Positions 40,318 through 48,554 of a stretch of 64,000 nucleotides of DNA are shown here, piece by piece (within the stretch, counting starts at the first letter, position 1; each line of letters begins with the position of its first letter). The stretch comes from a virus. The stretch is taken from the IMG/VR virus record IMGVR_UViG_3300025168_000043, positions 32,377-96,376 of that record; one strand, given 5' to 3'. Position numbers and translations under genes: made by a program. A model generated the notes under the pieces. That model did no database searches. It was not told where the DNA came from and worked only from the letters and a program-made list of their open reading frames with translations.

Positions 40318-41903
40318 TGTCAGCGGGTCTAACCAAAAAAGAAACTGTCAAAGAGATAGTTAAGTGCGGTAAAGACCCCGCTTACTTTATTAACAACTAC
40401 GCTAGAATCTCGCATCCCCTGAAAGGTCTGATACCATTTAAAACGTATCCCTTTCAGGATGATTTGCTTGTAGACTTTAACGACTACCGCTTTAATGTTA
40501 TTCTTAAAGCACGACAGCTAGGCATCTCGACCATCACAGCCGCGTATGTTGTGTGGTTGATGTTGTTTTATCGAGACAAGAACGTCTTGGTTATTGCAAC
40601 GAAGTTCCAGACCGCAGCTAACCTAGTCAAGAAGGTTAAGAACATTATGCAGAATGTTCCCCCTTGGCTCCGTATTGCAGAAATTAAAATCGATAACAGA
40701 ACTTCGTTTGTTTTAACCAATGGATCAGAAGTTAAGGCCGCATCCACATCTGGTGATGCTGGTCGTTCGGAAGCACTCTCACTTCTTATTATTGACGAGG
40801 CCGCACACGTTGACGGCCTTGAAGAGTTGTGGACTGGTTTGTATCCTACACTATCAACTGGTGGCCGCTGTATTGCTTTGTCCACACCAAACGGTGTTGG
40901 TAACTGGTTCCACAAAACATATACCGAATCAGAACAAAATGTAAATGACTTTCACCCAACCAATCTTCCTTGGGATGTTCATCCCGACCGTGATCAAGAA
41001 TGGTTTGATAAAGAAACTAGAAATATGTCTCGCCGTCAAATCGCGCAAGAGCTTGAGTGTAGTTTTAATGCATCAGGTGAGACTGTCATACATCCGGAAG
41101 ATTTAGAAAGACTCGTACTAAATGTTAAAGATCCGATATATAGAACCGGCTTTGATCGTAATCTATGGCTGTGGGAACAGTATAGCCCGGAGGCCACATA
41201 TATGATGTCTGCCGATGTTGCCCGAGGCGATGGAGCAGATTTTTCTGTTTTCCACATAGTTAAATTAGAGACTATGGAGATTATAGGTGAGTATCGTGGA
41301 AAACCAAACCTTGAGGAATTCGCTTCTATTCTTGATTCCACAGGTAGAGAATTTGGTAATTGTCTGCTGGTGGTTGAGAATAACAGTTTAGGGATATCAA
41401 TCCTTGAGAAGTTGCAGGACCGGTCGTACCCCAATCTTTATTTTTCAATAAAGGGTACGCACGAGTATATAGACCAGCTACGGGCCGAATCAATCAGCAA
41501 TTCAGTTCCCGGTTTTACTACCTCCTCTAAAACTCGCCCACTTATCGTAGCGAAAATGGAAGAATTCATACGAAATAAACTAATTACAATATATTCTTCA
41601 CGCATCGTAGACGAGTTTAAAACATTTATATGGAATAATAATAGAGCACAGGCTATGAGAAGTTATCACGATGACTTAGTTATGGCATTAGCAATAGCAT
41701 GTTGGGTAAGAGACACAGCTTTAGAGGTTAATAAAAAAGACGTAGAATATAAGAGGGCTATGATGGACTCGATGAGAATAAGCACTAGGCAAATAAAGAC
41801 AACTATACCGGGCATGGAAGGACACCAACAAGGTGTCTGGAATGAAAAAGCTAAAAAAGAATTGCAAGAACATAAAGAGTTCATTTGGCTCATTAAGGGA
41901 TAA
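40317..41903 (+). CDS. terL: Terminase large subunit (T4 gp17-like)
   Basis: LKARQLGIST Walker A, LLIIDEAAH Walker B, LSTPNG coupling motif, ADVARGDGADFS and HDDLVMA nuclease motifs. Confidence 0.95.
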   Translation: MSAGLTKKETVKEIVKCGKDPAYFINNYARISHPLKGLIPFKTYPFQDDLLVDFNDYRFNVILKARQLGISTITAAYVVWLMLFYRDKNVLVIATKFQTAANLVKKVKNIMQNVPPWLRIAEIKIDNRTSFVLTNGSEVKAASTSGDAGRSEALSLLIIDEAAHVDGLEELWTGLYPTLSTGGRCIALSTPNGVGNWFHKTYTESEQNVNDFHPTNLPWDVHPDRDQEWFDKETRNMSRRQIAQELECSFNASGETVIHPEDLERLVLNVKDPIYRTGFDRNLWLWEQYSPEATYMMSADVARGDGADFSVFHIVKLETMEIIGEYRGKPNLEEFASILDSTGREFGNCLLVVENNSLGISILEKLQDRSYPNLYFSIKGTHEYIDQLRAESISNSVPGFTTSSKTRPLIVAKMEEFIRNKLITIYSSRIVDEFKTFIWNNNRAQAMRSYHDDLVMALAIACWVRDTALEVNKKDVEYKRAMMDSMRISTRQIKTTIPGMEGHQQGVWNEKAKKELQEHKEFIWLIKG

Positions 41904-41907
41904 ATAA

Positions 41908-43881
41908 ATGGCAAATCAAAACAGAAATCCAAGAAATCCAAGATCAGAATTATTTAAATCTCTAACAAGAGTTTTTTCTGGTCCGTTAACAACACGACGC
42001 ACACAGACTGGCCGAAGGATCAGGAGGTACCAGCTAGACAAATATCAGAGTAGATTTACTTCAGCTAGTGGTCAATCCTTTAAAACATTCAGATCGACAA
42101 ATGCATACAATATGCAACTAGGGATAATGAATCAACATAATCGCGCTGAACGATATGTTGATTTTGACCAAATGGAGTACACACCAGAGATTGCGTCTGC
42201 ACTTGATATTTATGCTGATGAGATGACTACGCATTCTTCTTTACAGCCAATGTTGCATATCAAATGTTCTAATGAAGAAATAAAAGCTGTTCTCGATTCC
42301 TTATATCATAATATTCTAAACATTGATCATAATCTTTTTGGTTGGTGCCGTTCGATGTGTAAGTATGGAGATTTTTTCTTATACCTTGATATTGATGATA
42401 AGTATGGTATCAAGACGGGTATCGGACTTCCATCGCGAGAAGTAGAACGCCTCGAAGGCGAGGACGAAACAAACCCAAACTACGTTCAATACCAGTGGAA
42501 CTCTGCCGGCATGACTTTAGAAAATTGGCAGATGGCTCACTTTCGTATTCTCGGGAACGATCGATATGCCCCTTATGGTACTTCAGTCTTAGAACCCGCA
42601 CGTCGAATCTTTCGACAGTTGATTCTTTTAGAAGATGCTATGATGGCTTACCGTATCGTCCGCTCTCCAGAGCGACGAGTAGTTAAAATTGATGTTGGTC
42701 AGGTTCCTCCAAACGAGGTGGAGCAATATGTACAAAAAGTTATTAGCTCAATGAAACGTAATTCTATCGTAGACGAGACAACAGGCCGCGTCGATCTTAG
42801 ATACAACCCTCTTTCAATCGAGGAAGATTATTATATTCCTGTTCGCGGAGATTCTAAGACAGAGATTACATCATTACCCGGTGGCACATTTACCGGAGAT
42901 ATTGACGATGTTAAATACCTTAGAGATAAGTTATTCTCCGCATTAAAAATCCCAGCATCTTATTTAACAAACGCTGAAGGTGCCGATGAAGATAAAACTA
43001 CGCTCGCTCAGAAAGACATTCGCTTCGCAAGAACCATTCAACGCTTGCAGAGAGCAGTTGTTTCCGAGTTAGAAAAGGTTGGTATCATTCACCTTTATAC
43101 TCTTGGGTTTAGAGATGAAGATTTACTTAGCTTTAAACTACAACTTAATAACCCATCCAAGATCTCAGAACTCCAAGAGTTAGAGCACTGGGACAAGAAG
43201 TTCTCTGTTGCAGGAGCAGCCACCGAAGGCTTCTTCTCTCGCCGTTGGGTTGCAGAGCATCTGTTCAATATGTCCCACGAAGAGTTTGAAAGAAATCAAA
43301 GAGAGATCTACTACGATCGTAAATTTGATGCTTCACTTGCAGCCGTTGCAGAAGCAATGCAAGAAGAGGCAGCAGGAGCAGGCCTTGGTGACCTTGGGGG
43401 AGACGAAGGTCTTGGCGATCTCGGTGATGATCTTGGTGATGATCTTGGAGCCGACCTCGGTGATCTTGGTGGGGACGAACCTGCCACCGCAGCGCCAGAG
43501 GAACCAGAGATCGGAGATGATCCGCTCTTAGCAGCACCCGGCCGTCGAGAAGATGAGGGTTATACAACACCCGGCTCGAAAGGAAAAGTATACCGTCCAG
43601 TTAAAAAAGGCAGAGACAATCGAGCAAAGGGTGCAATGAAGCGCCATAGGGCTTCGGTTGCTGGTGTAAATATGGACCCTCGTAAAACTTTTCCCGGTAA
43701 GAGTGGTTATGGAGGCTTAGATTCCTTAGCCAAGGGGATGTTTGAGTCGCGAGAAACTAATTATGACAATGAGTTTGCAATCGAGGAAGAAATTCTACAG
43801 ACCACCAACTTTGAAGTTAAAAGTCTACTAGAAAGTTTAGGTAACTCAACGGAGATTAAAAATGAAACTAAAGCACAATAA
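41908..43881 (+). CDS. Portal protein (T4 gp20-like) with acidic C-terminal extension
   Basis: PEIASALDIYADE, LEDAMMAYRIVRSPERRV, EDYYIPVRG, DDVKYLRDKLFSALKIP. Confidence 0.93.
   Translation: MANQNRNPRNPRSELFKSLTRVFSGPLTTRRTQTGRRIRRYQLDKYQSRFTSASGQSFKTFRSTNAYNMQLGIMNQHNRAERYVDFDQMEYTPEIASALDIYADEMTTHSSLQPMLHIKCSNEEIKAVLDSLYHNILNIDHNLFGWCRSMCKYGDFFLYLDIDDKYGIKTGIGLPSREVERLEGEDETNPNYVQYQWNSAGMTLENWQMAHFRILGNDRYAPYGTSVLEPARRIFRQLILLEDAMMAYRIVRSPERRVVKIDVGQVPPNEVEQYVQKVISSMKRNSIVDETTGRVDLRYNPLSIEEDYYIPVRGDSKTEITSLPGGTFTGDIDDVKYLRDKLFSALKIPASYLTNAEGADEDKTTLAQKDIRFARTIQRLQRAVVSELEKVGIIHLYTLGFRDEDLLSFKLQLNNPSKISELQELEHWDKKFSVAGAATEGFFSRRWVAEHLFNMSHEEFERNQREIYYDRKFDASLAAVAEAMQEEAAGAGLGDLGGDEGLGDLGDDLGDDLGADLGDLGGDEPATAAPEEPEIGDDPLLAAPGRREDEGYTTPGSKGKVYRPVKKGRDNRAKGAMKRHRASVAGVNMDPRKTFPGKSGYGGLDSLAKGMFESRETNYDNEFAIEEEILQTTNFEVKSLLESLGNSTEIKNETKAQ
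43381..43479 (+). repeat. Degenerate tandem (G)DLG/DDLG coding repeat in the portal tail
   Basis: GLGDLGGDEGLGDLGDDLGDDLGADLGDLGGDE; DNA units such as ggtgatgatctt repeated. Confidence 0.75.
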
Positions 43882-44689
43882 AAAGAGAAACACTGCTTTT
43901 TTGTATGAGGCACTTGTCAAAGAACTAACAAAAGCCATTGTTAATAAAGATGTAGAAAAGAAAAATGCTTTAGTTTCTACACTAAAGGAGAATTTCTCTG
44001 CTGGCAAAATCCTCTACAAAGAGATGGAGCTTATTAAAGCCTTGTCTGAAACCAAGAAGGTGGACATGTTCACAGCAGAGCGCCTGCTTTCGGAATCTGT
44101 TTTACGGTATTCTAAGTTGGACGCAGATAAAATATTTGAAGCCCAGTCTAAACTTATTGAAAATATTAATAAAAACTTTGGCAAGAAAGTTTATAGCAAC
44201 TTTGTCCCAAACTACAAACATCTTGCTACTATTTGGCAGTTGTTTACACAAAGCACGTCGGTGAAAGAGAAGGTACTCTTAGAGAAAGCTTTGGTATTTT
44301 CTATGACTGCAAGAGGCAAAGAGCCCGTTAAAGCAAAACAAATGCCTCACGTTGATAAACTAGTATTTAAAACTGTTATTGAAAATTTCAACAAATCATA
44401 TGATGGTGAACTCCTTATAGAGCAAAAAGAATTATTGAATAACTATATTGTTTCCTTCGGCGCTAACGAAGTAGAATTCAAAGCATACCTTAATGAAGAA
44501 CTAGGAAGACTTAAGAACGAAGTCACCATTCTTAAAGAAAAAGAGGTAATGCTTGAAAATAAAGATCTTACCGGTAAGTTGGAAGATGTTAGAGCTACGC
44601 TCGATAGATTCCAGACTAAAAAGGTTAACCCTGCGATGCTAGAAAAGGTCATGCAGGTACAGAAACTTGTAAAGGAATGTGCTGAATAA
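43862..44689 (+). CDS. Hypothetical head-module protein
   Basis: 275 aa helical protein MKLKHNKKRNTAFLYEAL, between portal and protease; SD ggag. Confidence 0.6.
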   Translation: MKLKHNKKRNTAFLYEALVKELTKAIVNKDVEKKNALVSTLKENFSAGKILYKEMELIKALSETKKVDMFTAERLLSESVLRYSKLDADKIFEAQSKLIENINKNFGKKVYSNFVPNYKHLATIWQLFTQSTSVKEKVLLEKALVFSMTARGKEPVKAKQMPHVDKLVFKTVIENFNKSYDGELLIEQKELLNNYIVSFGANEVEFKAYLNEELGRLKNEVTILKEKEVMLENKDLTGKLEDVRATLDRFQTKKVNPAMLEKVMQVQKLVKECAE

Positions 44690-45234
44690 TGGCCATCAAA
44701 ATCACAGTTGGTTCTAAGCAATCACCAGAACCTAAAAAAGCAGACCCAATAGCAGAAGTCGAACTTCAAATAAGAAGAGCCGCTAATGGTGATTACATTA
44801 TCTCTGACCACGCTGATATCGACATTATTGTGATGAAAGGTAAAAATAAGGTTTTGGTAATCGCTAAAGACATTATGTCAGAGATGGTATATGGAGCACA
44901 AGATAGGTTATTTTCTTTCTTAATTAAGAAGGGCCTCGTATCCCCCGACTCAGTTCAGGGTGGTTCGGTTTATGGTTCAATGGAAGGGCAACTATTACCA
45001 TCTGATGAACTAGATGTCGTTAACATGACCATACTTAATATCTCAAAATATATAGATGAAGAACGTCCATACTTTGAGTTTGCTGAGAAATTTGATGAAA
45101 TGGAAACAGAATACTTTACAGAACCAGAAGAGGAAGACTCAACTGAACTTGGTGAAGTTCCACAAGAATCTGAAAAGGGGACGATCCGCCCCGGCTATAC
45201 TTACGGCCCTTACTGGCAATCTTACACTTATTAA
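44689..45234 (+). CDS. Hypothetical head-module protein
   Basis: 181 aa, TAATG coupling, acidic C-terminus. Confidence 0.55.
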   Translation: MAIKITVGSKQSPEPKKADPIAEVELQIRRAANGDYIISDHADIDIIVMKGKNKVLVIAKDIMSEMVYGAQDRLFSFLIKKGLVSPDSVQGGSVYGSMEGQLLPSDELDVVNMTILNISKYIDEERPYFEFAEKFDEMETEYFTEPEEEDSTELGEVPQESEKGTIRPGYTYGPYWQSYTY

Positions 45235-45243
45235 GAGGTTAAT

Positions 45244-45549
45244 ATGGATTTATTGTGGTTTGCGCTCGCTTGCTACGGCTTGACTTTTCTTGTCGTGTAT
45301 GCGAGCATTTTTAATAGAATCCGACCAAGCAAAGAATGGCTTGGTGGTTTCGGCAAGTTATTTAACTGTTCCCTATGCTTTGGCTTCCATGCAGGGTGGT
45401 TTTTATTCGTCATTAACCGTTGGACAGAACTATTTACTTTTGACTACACTGTTGCAAACTTTTTTATTTGTGGCTGGGTAGGAGCCGGAGTTTCTTACAT
45501 TCTTTCAATGATTGTTGGTGACGAAGGTATAAGGTTAACAAAGGAGTGA
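45244..45549 (+). CDS. Small membrane protein with CxxC (DUF1360-like)
   Basis: Hydrophobic segments and GKLFNCSLCFGFHAGW; SD gagg. Confidence 0.55.
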   Translation: MDLLWFALACYGLTFLVVYASIFNRIRPSKEWLGGFGKLFNCSLCFGFHAGWFLFVINRWTELFTFDYTVANFFICGWVGAGVSYILSMIVGDEGIRLTKE

Positions 45550-45552
45550 ACA

Positions 45553-45603
45553 ATGCGACGTAGAAATATACCAGATGTTCGGCGCTGCTGTAGCGGCTCT
45601 TAA
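45553..45603 (+). CDS. Candidate 16-aa peptide MRRRNIPDVRRCCSGS (in frame with the upstream gene)
   Basis: SD AAGGAG at 45541-46 with 6-nt spacing; fills the intergenic gap; followed by GCGGG-N5-CCCGC hairpin. Confidence 0.4.
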   Translation: MRRRNIPDVRRCCSGS

Positions 45604-45645
45604 CTCGGGCGGGTAGCGCCCGCTAAATGTCGTTTGGAGATAACA

Positions 45646-46260
45646 ATGGGAAAAACACTTTTAAGAGAATATTACGCACTTTGTGATGGTGGTGTCTGTC
45701 AAGACATGCTAACCGAGGATGAGAAGAAACTTATGTCCGCTGGCAAGAAGTTTTTTATGACCGGTTGTATGCAGAAGTTTGACACACCAAACGGCAACGG
45801 ACGCGTGTATTCCAAAAGTATTCTCCAACGTGAAGTGGAAAACTATTGGAAACTTGTCAAGGAGCGCAGAGCACTTGGCGAGTTAGACCATCCAGATGAT
45901 TCAGTCATCAACTTAAAAAACGCATCTCACCTTGTAACCGATATGTGGTGGGATGGCGAAGCCCTTATGGGTAAGGTTGAAATCCTGAATACTCCTTCAG
46001 GCCAGATTCTTAAACAACTTGCCGAGTCAGGCGTAACATTAGGAATCTCATCCCGAGGCCTTGGTTCTGTCCGCGAAGTCCGTGGCACGACAATGGTTGA
46101 AGATGATTTTCAACTTATCTGCTTTGATTTTGTTTCCGAACCATCTACCCCCGGCGCCTTTATGCAGGTGAAAGAGGGGATGCGAGAGCACAAGGAACCA
46201 AACATTTTCACCAAAGCAGACAAAATAAACAGAATCTTAAATGATATTTTGAGAGATTGA
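45646..46260 (+). CDS. Prohead core protease (T4 gp21-like)
   Basis: NGNGRVYS, RALGELDHP, TPSGQIL, GISSRGLGS, DFVSEPSTPGA; ATG 45646 after SD ggag. Confidence 0.93.
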   Translation: MGKTLLREYYALCDGGVCQDMLTEDEKKLMSAGKKFFMTGCMQKFDTPNGNGRVYSKSILQREVENYWKLVKERRALGELDHPDDSVINLKNASHLVTDMWWDGEALMGKVEILNTPSGQILKQLAESGVTLGISSRGLGSVREVRGTTMVEDDFQLICFDFVSEPSTPGAFMQVKEGMREHKEPNIFTKADKINRILNDILRD

Positions 46261-46261
46261 G

Positions 46262-46690
46262 ATGAAAAGAACAGAACTTAAAAAACTAATAAAACCATTA
46301 GTGAAAGAATGCGTCCAAGAAACCATTCTAAACGATGGCCTCTTATCTAACATCGTATCAGAAGTTATGCAAGGGATGGGCAACCAGTTCCTTGTGGAAA
46401 ATAAAGAACAGATTGTTTCTACAATGTCTAATGAAAACAGTGTCCAAATAGAACAGTTGAAAGAAAGACAAAATGAAACAAGAAAACGCCTACTTGACGA
46501 GATAGGTAAAGAAACTTATAACGGAGTGGACCTTTTTGAAGGTACAACACCTATCAAAGATAGCGGAGAATCATCAATAATGAGGCAAGCAAGTCCGCTG
46601 TCCGGACAAGCCCCTGACGATTCTGGAGTGGATATTTCATCTATTGTAGCGTTAGGTGGAAAAAATTGGAAAGCTTTAACAAGTAACTAA
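46262..46690 (+). CDS. Hypothetical head protein with leader-like N-terminus
   Basis: MKRTELKKLIKPLVKECVQE resembles the 31-34 kb leader. Confidence 0.55.
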   Translation: MKRTELKKLIKPLVKECVQETILNDGLLSNIVSEVMQGMGNQFLVENKEQIVSTMSNENSVQIEQLKERQNETRKRLLDEIGKETYNGVDLFEGTTPIKDSGESSIMRQASPLSGQAPDDSGVDISSIVALGGKNWKALTSN

Positions 46691-46716
46691 CTATTTAATG
46701 TAAGAGAGGTAATACG

Positions 46717-47172
46717 ATGCCCATAGATGCAAGTACTCAAATATTCGGTGGATCCTATGGAGTAGGATTTAACAACGTTGGCAGTTATCAGGCCAGCGCA
46801 AAACCATACATCAAGACTGAACTTGTCGTTCCTGCCTCATCTAGTGATGCATCAACCGCTTTGGAAATAAGTTTTCCAAAGGTAACAAAGTTTATCACGG
46901 TTCGTAATGATGCAACTTCAGCAGCCGGCGAAATAAGATTAGCTTTTGCGTCAGGCGGCTTGGGCGCAGACAAAGACGGCGGGACGTCAGCTAATAACTA
47001 TATTAAGATCGCACAATCCGCATCATTCTCAGCCGATTTTAGAGTGACAAAGATTTATCTAATGTCTGACAAAAACTACACAACTAATGCTACTGTTATT
47101 GCCGGCCTTACACAAATAGAATCTGCAAGACTGCCTGACTCTTGGAAGGGTGACACCGGCGTTGGCGACTAA
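46717..47172 (+). CDS. Hypothetical virion protein (beta-rich)
   Basis: 151 aa; late motif AACTATTTAA at 46689; SD gagg. Confidence 0.5.
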   Translation: MPIDASTQIFGGSYGVGFNNVGSYQASAKPYIKTELVVPASSSDASTALEISFPKVTKFITVRNDATSAAGEIRLAFASGGLGADKDGGTSANNYIKIAQSASFSADFRVTKIYLMSDKNYTTNATVIAGLTQIESARLPDSWKGDTGVGD

Positions 47173-47187
47173 TAAATAAGAGGAATA

Positions 47188-47463
47188 ATGAGCTACCATA
47201 ATAAAAGAGGTAATCGAGGGCGCCCCCCAAGAAAGTTTTTTCACGAAGGGAAACACCCTTCCCACGTTACCACTTACGCCAAAGAAGGCGAACATCCTGA
47301 ACGCACTATAAAGCGATTTCTTAAGAAGTGTAAAAAAGAAAAAGTCATAGAGCAAGTAAGAAAATACGACTATTACGAAAAGCCATCTGTTAAGCGAAAA
47401 AGAGCTAGAGCCCGCCGCCAAGCGGTTCTAAAAAAGCTAAATGAGCAAAACAAGAAGACTTAA
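47188..47463 (+). CDS. rpsU: Phage-encoded 30S ribosomal protein bS21
   Basis: EGEHPERTIKRFLKKCKKEKVIEQVRKYDYYEKPSVKRKRARARR matches the bS21 pattern (E..E..LKRFK......G...E.R....YEKPS..RK). Confidence 0.85.
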   Translation: MSYHNKRGNRGRPPRKFFHEGKHPSHVTTYAKEGEHPERTIKRFLKKCKKEKVIEQVRKYDYYEKPSVKRKRARARRQAVLKKLNEQNKKT

Positions 47464-47483
47464 GGGTTTTTCTACAAATAGGG

Positions 47484-47493
47484 TACTATTTAT
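47484..47493 (+). promoter_or_regulatory. Putative late promoter of the scaffold-MCP unit
   Basis: TACTATTTAT. Confidence 0.65.
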
Positions 47494-47532
47494 TTATGAC
47501 AAAATAAGTGTTTCTAACACGAGGATTCAAGC

Positions 47533-48513
47533 ATGCCAACACTCCTAGAACAAGCTATTATCGACGCAGAAGAACTTAGAGAGGCCGCGTTAAAGAACGC
47601 CGAGTCTACTATTCTGGAAAAGTACAACAACGAAGTAAAGAATGTTGTTGAAACTCTTCTGGAACAAGAAGAAGAAATGGAAATGATGGGCGCGATGGAA
47701 GAGCCCGCCTTCGCTGCTGCTGAAGAAGAAGAGATGTGTCCTTGTCCTGACAAGGAAGAAGAAGAAATGGTTTCTTTTAGCTTAGAAGATCTTAAGAATA
47801 TGGCCGACGACCTAGAAGGCACTTCCGTTATGGGTGAGCCAGAAAGTCAAGAAGATCTTATGACCGGTCTTGGAATGGAGCCCGACGACGAAGACGAGAC
47901 TCTTCCCCTCCAAGAGGAGTTTGAGTTGACTGAGGAAGATGTTGAACTCGATGAAGAGATGATTAAAGAACTCGTTGAGGAATTAGTTGTTGATGTGATG
48001 CCTGTTAAAACTGGCTGGCTCGCAACCCCACAAGGTGAAATGCAATACGCAGAAGAATTAGAATTGGCTAGATTGGCCGGCACGGAGGCCCAAGAGCAAA
48101 TGAAAGCTCTTAAGGATGCCCACGACCGTCTAACCATTACAAACGAATCTTTGACAAGCGACAATAGAAAGCTTGTTGGGGGCATTTTAGCATTGAAAGA
48201 GAAGGTTGAAGAAACCCTCTTGGAAAATGCGAAACTTCTCTATATGAATCAGGCATTGAATAGTGCCTCCCTGAATGAGCGACAAAGGTCAAACGTTGTC
48301 GAGTCTATTCGCAAGGCTGATTCTGTTGAAGAGGCGAAGGTTATATATGAAACCCTTCAAAGCGCAGCGGGCGACTCTACTCGTAGAAAGCCAAAATCGT
48401 TGAGCGAAGCAATCAGTAGGCCTTCATCGACATTGCCAAGACGAAGAAAAGAAAGAGCGCAAGGGGATTCCGTTGCGAAGGATCGATTCCAAATTTTGGC
48501 AGGACTTAAATGA
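47533..48513 (+). CDS. Prohead core scaffold protein (T4 gp22-like)
   Basis: Very acidic coiled coil directly upstream of MCP; many L/I/M-x-E sites; C-terminal RFQILAGLK. Confidence 0.78.
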   Translation: MPTLLEQAIIDAEELREAALKNAESTILEKYNNEVKNVVETLLEQEEEMEMMGAMEEPAFAAAEEEEMCPCPDKEEEEMVSFSLEDLKNMADDLEGTSVMGEPESQEDLMTGLGMEPDDEDETLPLQEEFELTEEDVELDEEMIKELVEELVVDVMPVKTGWLATPQGEMQYAEELELARLAGTEAQEQMKALKDAHDRLTITNESLTSDNRKLVGGILALKEKVEETLLENAKLLYMNQALNSASLNERQRSNVVESIRKADSVEEAKVIYETLQSAAGDSTRRKPKSLSEAISRPSSTLPRRRKERAQGDSVAKDRFQILAGLK

Positions 48514-48554
48514 CAGAATAATCCAATTAAATTAATTAAAAGGAGGTGATTAAA

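Noticed and set aside
45547-45623. Selenocysteine insertion at the in-frame UGA
   Set aside because: The hairpin is about 60 nt downstream rather than immediately after the UGA as bacterial SECIS elements require, and the UGA is not in a redox motif.
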